From assembly GCA_977030845.1 (NCBI GenBank), contig OZ365109.1, positions 61,194,001-61,258,000 of the forward strand: a stretch of 64,000 bases of DNA. Reading direction: 5' to 3'. The notes beneath the pieces were generated by a model. The model did no database searches. It was not told the origin of the DNA and was given only the letters and a program-made list of their open reading frames with translations. A program made the position numbers and the translations under genes. Shown here one piece after another: positions 22,830 through 34,500 of the stretch; the stretch's first letter is position 1; every line of letters starts with the position of its first letter. This DNA is from Fimbriosthenelais zetlandica. Lineage: Eukaryota.

Positions 22830-23349
22830 AAGCCTTTTCCAGACCATGTCTGCATAAACCATGCCCGGGCTACACTTGACAAGCTGTGTGCACCTTAGAC
22901 CATCCCTGGGCTACACCCGACAAGCTGTATGCACCTTAGACCATCCCTGGGCTACACCTGACAAGCTGTATGCACCTTAAACCATCCCTGGGCTACACCT
23001 GACAAGCTGTATGCACCTTAGACCATCCCTGGGCTACACCTGACAAGCTGTATGCACCTTAAACCATGCCTGGGCTACACCTAACAAGCTGTATGCACCT
23101 TAAACCATGCCTGGGCTACACCTGACAAGCTGTATGCACCTTAAACCATGCCCCGGCTACACCTGACAAGCTGTATGCACCTTAAACCATCCCTGGGCTA
23201 CACCTGACAAGCTGTATGCACCTTAAACCATCTCTGGGCTATACATGAAAAGCTGTGTACACCTTAAACCATCCCTGGGCTACACCTGACAAGCTGTATG
23301 CACCTGAGACCATCCCTGGTCTACACCTGACAAGCTGTATGCACCTTAG
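22803..23349 (+). repeat. 41-bp minisatellite, ~13 units
   Basis: Unit ACCATCCCTGGGCTACACCTGACAAGCTGTATGCACCTTA(G/A); 13 (GA)CAAGCTG-type anchors counted; no spacers. Confidence 0.97.
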
Positions 23350-26300
23350 AAGCGACTTTCAGGACAAAGTTGACAAGCCAGTATCCGTTCCAGTCCAAAC
23401 GTATCTCCAAGTGATAAGCAGAAGTCTATCTGTTTATGATAATTGTATTTATTTCACATTCAGCCAGCAAGACTGAAATTATTAATGGCCACTGCTTTTG
23501 TACAAAGTGTCTACACAACATCTATGGATACTCATGAGACATTGGAATTAACATAAATACTGAAGAAACGATAACAACCTGCCAAATCCTGAGCCCATTG
23601 TGAACTAAAATGTGTGAAATTATCTTGTTTTTCTGGCAACAAAGACCTTGATCTCGCTCATACGGCAACGATTCACATTTATCTCCAATAGGGCATCAAA
23701 TATCTTGATGGTATTCTCCATCAAGGCACCAAGATTACACACAGCACCTATAGTTACGAAAAATAAAACCACCAGCACAACGATACAATGTCCAGAAATG
23801 ATGGGTTACTTCTAAGATACTGCTAATTTTATATATTTCCCATTCAATGTCTTTGTCGACATTGCATCGGTCTTTTCTTGAGGCCTCAGAAGCATACATT
23901 ACAGTAGTACCCGGCGAGAATACCCATCAACTGTCTTGACCATTTTCTGACTCGCATGCCTCGAGGTGTTTATACGACTGGTCATAAATTTTTTTAAATC
24001 TTTGGTTAGAATAACAATTAGGTCATCCATGTGTTTCCAGCATGTTTTTTCTCATGTGATTTAGGCTCAACTTCTAAAAGACATCCATGTTAATTTGTTC
24101 TCTTGTCATGTCCTGAATGTGTCAAGTATGACCTCTTTAGCTCAGCTAATTTCACTCATATATATGTTTAAGATTAAACATTAAATATTAAAAAATATTA
24201 TGAGTGGTCTGAGAACTGTACATCTGTACCAATGACGATGAAACATGGTCAAAACTACCTAATTATTTCTGACCACAGACTATGTGCATCCTTGAAGAGG
24301 TTGCAGCTATGGGACTTTCCCCACATTTTCACATGGAACATGAATTTATCATCATTTCATTTGCACGTAAGTGTGGAAATTAAGAAATATTCCTTTGAAT
24401 GTACGGCACAAGACAAAGTGGCCACATTAAATTTTATATTTAAGTACCTTCACCATTAATATACCAACATGATCTCATAGTCATACACGGAACATGCAAT
24501 AATCTTCAGGGTCTAATCTGATAAGAATGATCCACTGAAAGGAATTTTCATTTGGCTATTTTGTTCTATATGTATCTTATGTAAAATACCAGATTCCATG
24601 TGAAGGAAGGGCAATAAAGTCCTCTCATTAAGAGTGACCTTCCTTCTTTTCAAGAATATCTGATTTCCACCATAAAGCAGAAAAATCTGGATCCAATTCT
24701 CAGGCACAAATAGCAATAAAACATCTCATCCTACAATGTTTTGTTTTTTCACAACCGTAGAAGTATAACCGTTTGTAATACATGGAATGGGCAGAAGTGA
24801 AGGTGAAGCTTTAGGGCTGATGTGAATAGTGGGGTGCCTCTGAAATGGTACCGGACTTGAAGATGCAATAATTAGTATGATTATGGTGGTGCACAACTTA
24901 CATCTCACCATATGTACAAAATCATAAGTCATTTGATCATGAATATAATATTATTATCTGAAATACACACCATTATCTTCCACATACATCATAATACCAA
25001 CAGTAGACAAAGTCTTGTTTTGTTTTTGTTTTTTGTTTCTTACATTTTTTCTTTTTGTACCAAGCAATTCACTTGTACAATTACAAAAACAGCCAGGTGG
25101 ACTTCACATTTTCACTGGACTCTTTCAATAAATTTCATGGATTCAGTGCAGGATGAGAATTACTCTAACTATTCAAATAAACGTAAAGGTGAATAAGTCT
25201 ATAAATTATATAAAATTATTAAAGCAAGACATCCATGTCAAAATGTTAAATAATAGGATGAACCGAGTCATTTTATGGATAGTCACTCACTTTTGCTCTG
25301 GGCAACAGGATTCGACTTTCACACAATTCTAACACATGTAGAATTTATAAAAATAGTTTCTTTTTATGAGTGCAAATAAAAGTTAGAACTACTTTTCAAA
25401 AGTGCAATACCGGATAACATTTCTTAATGTTCTTAATGCAAATAAAATGTTGAAATAGAATGAGGATGTAATCACACCCAACCAGTTGGACCAGTGAAAA
25501 TGTCATCTAGTTTTCCTTCCAAATGACTACCTACAGTACATACATGTAAGTATTTTATATTCAATGCCATAGTTCATCACTATACACCATTTATTAATTG
25601 ATATATAGACATAATAATTATATATCTATTCTGCTCTGTGCATCATTGCAGCAGCATTCAATGTGATCCAATTATTTGTCTAAAATACATTGTGCAAGAA
25701 AGACTACCTACTTTCACTGATTATTTCTCAATATGCAACATTGATTTCATGTAACTATGTGAGAAGTACGTCATGACCTAGCTTTACATTGACCTTCATA
25801 ATAAGTGTTATCACAGAAGAATCTTTTACACTCCAGACACAAGAGGATCAGAACTCAATAAATAAATACCACCATCTCATAATCACTTATTTCCTAGATA
25901 TTTGATCAAAGGCTTCCTTTAAGAACCTACCAGAACGTCCTTGGATCATTCACTTTTATTGCAACTCAGAGTCATCTATGGGATCTGGATAAAAACAATC
26001 AAATGGACACACCAGTATATACAATAAGGTTAACACAATTAGCATAATAATGTACATACATGTCACATATACACATGGCATTGTACTATTTAAGATAAGC
26101 ACAAAGTGTATACACCTTACACCTTTACAAACATATACCCAAATGTATATGAATGTAAATTCAAATTTGTCGAGTCAGATTTTTTCACCAGGTACTGTTG
26201 AATAGGAAATTTCACCCCCATTATTTCACCAGCAAAACAACATACTATGTGATAATAATATCATGGATTGTAATACTCCATATATATACTTTTCATGATA

Positions 26301-27124
26301 ACACACAGTCCATAGGAGAACATTATGAATCTTACTACAACTATGAAGGTTAATCTAGTGAATTGAATATGGCATCCATTCAAACCGGAAATGTTAAGCC
26401 TGGATAATATATGCACATCCTGATACACCATACAGGGCCCAATAAGTTAGTTGAATAAACTTCTCCACATCTATCAGTATCCAAAATGTGGACACCACAG
26501 GCATAATCCAAATTCTCTCAGAAATTATTTTAAAATGATTTAACTTACAAACTGGCCTTTGATTCCAAGTTTAAACATGTGAGAATAGTTATCGACGTGA
26601 GCCAGGTCACAATCTATGTTTTCCTTATACAATGAGAGTATTTGAATGTTCAAAGCCATTACCAATGCCAACTGCAATGGGGGCAACAATTCCGTCATCT
26701 TATGTAGCATGTATGTTCATGTTAAAAACCCAGATTTTTTTCCTCAAAATAAATTATCATAAGAACACAACCAGAGCTGCTTGACGCTTACTTGACATTT
26801 GATGTCCATTCACTCACTTAGTCCACATGGAAACATTTGAGACCAATAACAATTTGGTTGCCATAGCATATAGGGGATTCGAGATGGAAGTATTTGACTG
26901 GCTTCGAGCAGTACAGTCAATCTATAGGAATGATTCATGTCATATATTCACGAAGAGAAGGGTGGTTTGTGGGTCTGCTTTCATCTCTTCACCTCTGCAG
27001 TTGATGAAGGGAATTAGACTTCAGTCTGGTTTTCACTTGAGCAGCAGCTTGAACCTTTGACACTTTGCATAAGGGGTGTGACTGTCTGAAGTCAATCAGC
27101 TGCTCTGATCGAAGATTCTCTTAA

Positions 27125-27259
27125 AGGGGAAACCTATCCATATCCAAAAATAGGTTAAATTTCAATGAACTAGCTTCACAAGGAAAGGATCATGTCTGTC
27201 AGCAAAAAAAAAATCAGAATAGTTCTCCGTGCTATTCGGGTGATGTCCAGATTTCCCCT
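27125..27259. mobile_element. Short TTAA-flanked MITE (Kolobok-like)
   Basis: TTAA|AGGGGAAA ... TTTCCCCT|TTAA. Confidence 0.6.
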
Positions 27260-28337
27260 TTAAGATTAAGTGGGTGGTGAAAATATTACTACCATTACAT
27301 CTTCTAAGGTATGCCAATATGCATTAGAGACAAAAATGTCAAAGTTATATCAGGGAATTATAGCCGATGTAAATACACTTGTGGTACTGAGGCTAACTTG
27401 GACTGAACCATATCCATCGTACATTTTGTTAACACCGTTTTACTGGACTTAAACATCAGGCAGAAAATCCTAGTGCTTAATATATGTTTTTAAAAACAAA
27501 CTCTGCACCAGGCATTTCTCAATAGATATTCCCATTAATAATTTCTAACCTTCTACTTCAATATGGTCAATCTCAAGGGATGAAATGATCAGCCAAACCA
27601 AAACCAAAATCTCCATAGGAACTGTTATAAAACGTGTCTCCAATCTCTGCACTTCCAACTGAATCTATTTCACCATTGATGTAGATATGTAGAAGAAATT
27701 CCGTTAAGCTTATTAAAGATTTGAATTAATTAGATTGGATTGGAAGGTAGAGGTTTGGAAAAAGGCAATGATTAGAGTGCGAATATTCCGTTTTAGAATA
27801 ATTTGAATCTCGCCATTTCTAATATAAATGAAGGGCCTGCTTGGAAAATACTATTTCCTTTAAAAGATGGGGGAGCAGCAACTACCGCGACTCTGAGCAC
27901 TTTGGCCGAAAAAAGAAATGTGCTTCTTTGGTGCAGTTCTCAAAATTGAAAATTTGAATTAATTTCACATTCTGATTTCTTTTTGAATGTCCCATTATTG
28001 TAAAAGTTAGAATCTATAGCAGTGGGAGAATTTATAGCACAGCCTTAGTGCCCATTAGTCACTGCTCCCCACAACACCCAAACACCTCCTAAACTTTAAT
28101 AATCATCAATTGTCTAAAATAAATTAAATATAAAAATACAATGTAATCTGTCCTATAAAAAATACGCTTCAAACCAAGATCATTGCCAATCACCAGCATG
28201 GTGAATGATATAGCAAAAACAGTTAATGTGTAATTTCAATCCAAAAGGAAGTGATGATATTCTCGTTTTAATTCTGGTCCCATTTTAGTAACATCTAGCT
28301 TGACGGGCCCGATGCCTTGATAGAAATTGGTGGCAGT

Positions 28338-28508
28338 TTAGAGTTTGTATTTAAACTTGTCTTTGCGGGCACGGATTTCACCAAGGGCGGTAGCCCGGAC
28401 TTCTTCCATGTCGCCTTGTTTCTCCACGCCCAGGGCTGTAAGAACGGTGTCCTTGTTGGTACGCAGGAAGGGGTTATAAAATTTCTCCTCAGACAGCAGG
28501 GAGGGACA
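28338..28508 (-). CDS. PNKD: PNKD-like last exon
   Basis: CPSLLSEEKFYNPFLRTNKDTVLTALG...EIRARKDKFKYKL*; acceptor TTTCGTAG. Confidence 0.95.
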   Translation of the reverse strand, partial: CPSLLSEEKFYNPFLRTNKDTVLTALGVEKQGDMEEVRATALGEIRARKDKFKYKL

Positions 28509-31500
28509 CTACGAAATAAAGATATATATATTAAACAAAATACTGCCTGCAAAAACAGGCCGTCAGAATTGAGGCACCTGTATATATGTAAGGATACATG
28601 TCAACATATCAATTTTGTCACTCAATTGAATAATTTTATTGCAATAAAGGGATAAAAGGATCCCTTTAAATAATTGTCCTCGGGCTTACCGTGCACAAGC
28701 GTTCTTGCCTCCGTTCTTGTACCCATTTTAGTTTGGTCTGTAAAAATGAGAATGTGATTCATTTGACAACTAGCAACTAATAAGGCCATCAGCATTCATC
28801 AAGGGAAATTATGCATAACTGTTCATAGATTGGAGGACTATTATCAAGATGGGAATAATAATAAAACTGGGTGTCATTACCTGGATCTGTTCATTGTCTG
28901 GTTCTAACGATGCAGCAAATTCTAGGTTGTCTAATGCATATTCATGTCCTAAAAAAGATACAAAGTAGATATTTCATTTATGTCAGCATGAACACTGTCT
29001 ATTCGCCGGTGTAGAAGCCTTTTTTCCCCCGAAAACGACGCGATTTTTTTTATATAGATTCCTATACAAAACAGCGGTTTATATATGGATTTCAACTTCG
29101 GCGGACATGTCCTCTAGAATAGAACAGGGGGTGGGGTGGGAGGGGAGGGGGTGTACAGTGGTAATATAATTATAATCCTTTAATTACCCTATACCCTAAG
29201 CTTTCCACTGCCCCCAGTCCGTCACGCCTGGCTGCAGGCAGCCGTCATGCGTGTTTGGCCCTGTTGATATTATAATCCTTTAATTGGCCTCTCTGCCTCT
29301 ATAATCCCCCCACCTAGCTTTCTTCATGGGGTAGAAAGACTGAATATTATTTTAGTTGGATAGTGAGTCTTCTAACCTGCAAGAAGGCATTGGGTAGGGG
29401 TAGAGATACTGTTACACCTAGGTGTAGTTCTTTATATAGGGTACATGAGCTTTTTAAACGACTATGACTGAATACACAATTATTACAATACAGCACCGTA
29501 TATATACAAATCAGATTCATGAGCATCTAAATTTAACTTCAATTCACATTTAGCCTAAGATCATACTTGGCATATATCATCTGACATCTCAATATTTATA
29601 CAATATTAACAGGAACAGAATAGAGTAGTTATAGCAGAGTGAGGTTCACACCTGGCCACAGAAGTGTGTCATCAGGGAGTTCCATAAGACGGTCCAGTGA
29701 TCGTAGCATAACAGCAGGGGGGCATTCAAACATTCGACCTGAAAGATCGAGAAAACATATAGAATGTAGCCAGCATGTATTCACATGCAAATTAATTCAA
29801 TTTATTCAAATATATTCACCTCTGAAACAGTTTTTTTACCAAAGCTACACTGTAGGCCTACTATATACAGTTGGCAAAATACCAATACATGTAATATATA
29901 GGCCTACATGTATTATATACAATGTACTCTTCTATATTATGAAGGCTACATACATAAACCCATATATATACAAGGCATATGAGATATACTACACCAGGAG
30001 GCAGCACTTCCTGAACAACAAACACCTTGAACCTTGTGAAAAGACGAAATGTCGAAGTTTGACAAGTGTTTCGAATGAATTCAATGGCTTGTCGTCATTA
30101 TCTCTAGATGTAGCCTACACTTTGAGGAATAGCTCCAGTCTACAACAGAGGATCAAGAATTTTGGAAAGGCCAGTGGTCTGGGAGGGGAAAAAAGGGAGG
30201 GGGTCCATCCTCGTGGCACCAAAAATTAACAATTTGAAAAAATATCTCCAAAGGCGACTGGGGTGGTGGTGGGGTTAGCCGGATGCCCCCCACACCCACC
30301 TCTGAGTCAAACGAGGAAGAAGCTCCGGGTAAATAATCTTAGCCAACTGTAATAAACTTACCGCTGCCGGCAAGAAAGACATGGTCACCGGAAAAAAGAC
30401 TTGGGGGAGCACCAAAGGCGGTGGCGGTGAGCAGGAAAACACAATGACCTGTTGTGTGACCAGGCGTGGAGTGTACGGTGAAGAGTAACTGACCAAAAGT
30501 CAGCTTATCCTGGTCAACGACAGGGCTGAAAACAAATAATCAAAATACAATCTTTATGAAACATTAGATATTTGCATAGGATACATCAGTGTTGGTTTTT
30601 GGGTGAGGTGAGTTATTTGAGGAAGTGAGGGAGGGAGGGAGTAACAACTATTTTTTCAGCAGGTTTTTTCTCCAGACAAGAGCAATTAGATGTTGTACAT
30701 AGAAAACACGCTGTTGGCACACACCCGTCTGGTGCGGTGTTCCAGTAATAGTTATAGGTCTTTCCCAATTAATAGAGAAAACGTCAACCATCAGGATAAA
30801 GCGATAATACCCATTTAACTACTCAAAGAAGCAATTAAACATTGGTCACATTGAATGACAGAAAGATTCAACTGAAAGAGAGATTATTGGGTATATACCA
30901 ATATATATGGGTCCCTTCTGCCTCCTTTAAGGGCCTATACCCCAGCAGAGGATAAATAAATTAATCCCTGAATAGCCAAAACAGATGGCGCACACCTTTT
31001 GAAGTTACTCAGTCTCAGTCTATCTGCCAAGGAGATCACTTTGGAGGTACCCTAGGGACCAGCATGTAATCCTGAACCATGTCCACACACAACAAAAGGC
31101 TCGAGGACAGCAGCAAGAAGCTGGGACTTTAACTTAATAATTCATTGTGGGAGCAGTGAGAGCTCCCACACGGCTGCCAACAACCTCAGACTGCCAGTCG
31201 CAGTGCATTCCAATCAGCCGCTTAATTTATCGCTACTCCTCGCTGGCACGACAACATCTTGAACGCCCGATCCATTTGGATGATTAAAACTTAATCTTGC
31301 TGCCAATCCAAGACACTTGTTTTCTGAGAAGAAAAATTCTTTTGGTCACTTGGGTATACTGACTTTATGGTCGCCATTAACAGATGGTTACTTTATTGCC
31401 AATGTGAATGTCTTAGGTATGAGCAGACCTCGGTGCCGTTGCAAATAGCTAGAAAAAGATATAATTCTCTAAACAAATAATGTGATTTCTCTTAACCAAT

Positions 31501-34500
31501 AATGCGATTTTTGATAAGAATTCTGATGTTTGATTGAGGAAATACAATTTTTATGGATAGTGCTCTGACGACAGCTGAAACGTGGTCCTCTTAACTTCCA
31601 TCTTCAGCGATCAAACATCCACCAATGTTTTTAGTTGGAAGATTGAGGAGAAGCTGGTGAGAGCCGTTTAATTAGATACCCATGCTCAAACTGACTAGCA
31701 CTAAATTAATACTTTAAATGCAAATTGGAATCTAAAATTAGACTGTGGCATCTGAGGCAATTCATTGCCAACTTTCCAAGTTGTCAAGTAATCAGCAAAA
31801 GGGACGATATTTATAAAACCATTTAAAATTTAGTTAAGTGTTGATCGAGTTTCAAATATGAATTATACATTTTTTTAAATGTACCTCTTTGGACACTTTC
31901 TGAAATTTTATTTGAGCCGATCCAAGGAATTCCGCAGAAACTCGTAACCCCAAATCCCCAAATTAAAACGAAATGATGGATAGAGAGAATAGTGGGGGTG
32001 GTAGGAAGGGAGGGAAGAGAGGAAGAGGAAGGAAGGGTGATAGGGGAGGGAGGGAGTTAATAAGTGAGAGTGGAGTAAAGGTACATTAGTGTGTGCTACA
32101 ATTTGATTCAGACTTGATTACCTTCTGGGTTTTTAAAGGTGATGATAATTAAAATTATCTATCAATAATTATCTGCCACAATTTTCCGTAATAAATTTGT
32201 GTTCAGCCGCTGGCATGTCTTTTTGTCATTTCATTGAGAAATGTTTGGCAAATTTTAAAACAAACAGTTTCGTCTCATTTATCTCTGATATAAATTAATA
32301 ATCAAGTTATAGGGTAGAGAGAATGATTTGTCTTCTCCGATCACCCTCAACTCATCGACTTACAGCTGCCGGGCAAGCATCACGTGGTCCTGTCACGTGC
32401 TTCCTGGCCCCGTCTCTAATTGGTCAGACAGATGGTTCATAAGGGAGCTTATGGGGGAGCGTAGAGGAGGAAGGATATGGAGGGAATACGGGGGACCAGG
32501 CCAGAGAGGCTGATTCACATCAGTGTCAAAGGGGCTTTATGGATATTTACAGTGGACAGAGGGACCCAGCAAGGAGGTAAGCATGTCTGGTGGCGTGGAA
32601 AGATTGTGAAAAGGAGCACAAAATATAGCCCCTCATCCACCGGGCTTTATCATGGAATAACCCAACCTAAACCGCTCACCAATATGTTGGTTGATATTTC
32701 TGTTTAAACTCGAGTCACAACCGAAATTCGGTTGCCCATTGGAGCCACAAGTACAGTACATCAAGTGGTTGACTGAGCCAAATGTCTGCTTGTCCCATGT
32801 GCTGGGTCAACCGAAGTTTAGTTGGTAACCCATGAGCAACCAGAATGAATTGCCTGCATAGACCAATATTTCGGTTGCCCTGATCTCTTGATTGGGCAGA
32901 TTCTGGGTATATTTTTTTTAGTGTTTAACAAAAAAAATCGCTTACTCTGTACACCCGGGGATGTTGTCCACAGCACTGCCGTATATCCTGGCATCTGGAT
33001 ACCGCCTTTTGAACTCGAGGTTTCCACCACTGTGATCCCTAGAGGCAAAGATAAAAACATCAGCTAGCCCATATATATCGCATCCTGCTATTCCCCTGAT
33101 TCAATCTGTACAAAGCCTCATTAAATATAACATATCCTACTGTGGAGAGAATGCTTTGAGATAGCAGAAATAATTTCCATATTCATTGTTGGCAACTATC
33201 TTGGTTTTTGTGAAGATTCGAGTCCTATTTAACATTTAACAAGCCCTGTTAACATAATAATTATCGAGAATAATAACTGTTCGTTTTTTTCTATTTCGCA
33301 TATATATGTCAAAGCTTCTTACCAGTGTTTGTGGGTGCAAAGAATGGCGATGGGTATGGCCTTTTCTGTATCCAAGACTTGCTAGAAACAACAAATATGT
33401 TAATATGATAAATTACTTAATGCAGTTTAGATTGTTGGCTGTTGGCTCATTCCTTCAGCTTTGAAAGGTTTTCCCATATTTTAATGAGGACCAAGCTATG
33501 TACATATACACAATGTGTCCTCCATGTATCTTAATTAATCTCTATCCCTGAAAAACTTTAATGAGAAGCCTTGGGCCATGGCCCTGTACCTCATAAATTT
33601 ATGAGAGCATATACACGGCTATATATAAAAGTAGAGGGCCATGTTTGAGGGCAGCAAGGCACTTAATGTAATGGGTGGATAGCCTGGGGACCTGAATCGG
33701 GGACATCCATCAACGCAAATGAACAGGGCTAGTGAGGCTCGCAGATTATCTGAACTTTAAGAGTTAATGAAATGAATTTCAATGCCTAAGTTAAAACATA
33801 CAGTACATCGTGTATGCAAAACATTTTTGATTTTACACTGTGAGGTGAATGTCACAAGAAATGGGAAAGATATAGCGTATCTTAGTAAGTATACATGTAT
33901 AAATAATTATGAAAATGACTCAAATTACTGTCAGTGGATGCTTACCTGTACCTTATCCACATCAGCTGGATCCACCAATATGGCTGTACCTTCACGCGTA
34001 TCCATTATCAAGTAACCATAATTATCCAATGACATAGGGATTGGGATGATCTTCAGTCCTACAAATTAAAAGAGAAAAAAAATAATAGCTTTCTCATTTT
34101 TCACGTGCATTTGCTCCCAATGGGCGAAATATAGAAACACTACATTGATTTATTCAGCTATTTCCCCCATATTAATCTGACAGGAGATAGGAGGCTGGAT
34201 AGGAGGAGGACAGTATAAGGGGAACCTTATATCATCGATAGTCGTATTCTCATTTTCCCCCTGAGCACAGGGTCACCAGACGTTCAGTGCATTCTATTGT
34301 CTCCATGGAAACAGAAAAAACTTCGGTGCATGGGTGTGCCTCCCAATCTTTCTTCATCAGACGTTATCAGGTCTTCATCTTAATGGAAATCTATTTCCAA
34401 ACACAGTAGTTTAGATGAGACATCTATATCAGTCAGGCATTATATGTGGGCCAGATGGTCTATTATAAACTGATCGCTGTCTAAACTCTGGGAAAATGAG

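Noticed and set aside
22803-23349. CRISPR-like regular array
   Set aside because: Units are head-to-tail with no unique spacers, there are no cas genes, and the context is eukaryotic. It is a minisatellite.
23899-23931. VDGYSRRVLL integrase-core-like peptide
   Set aside because: Ten residues only; flanking frames show no further integrase motifs.
28295-33060. ORFs 28295-28552, 28317-28655, 29639-30229, 30275-30496, 32818-33060
   Set aside because: Antisense or off-frame shadows of true PNKD exons.
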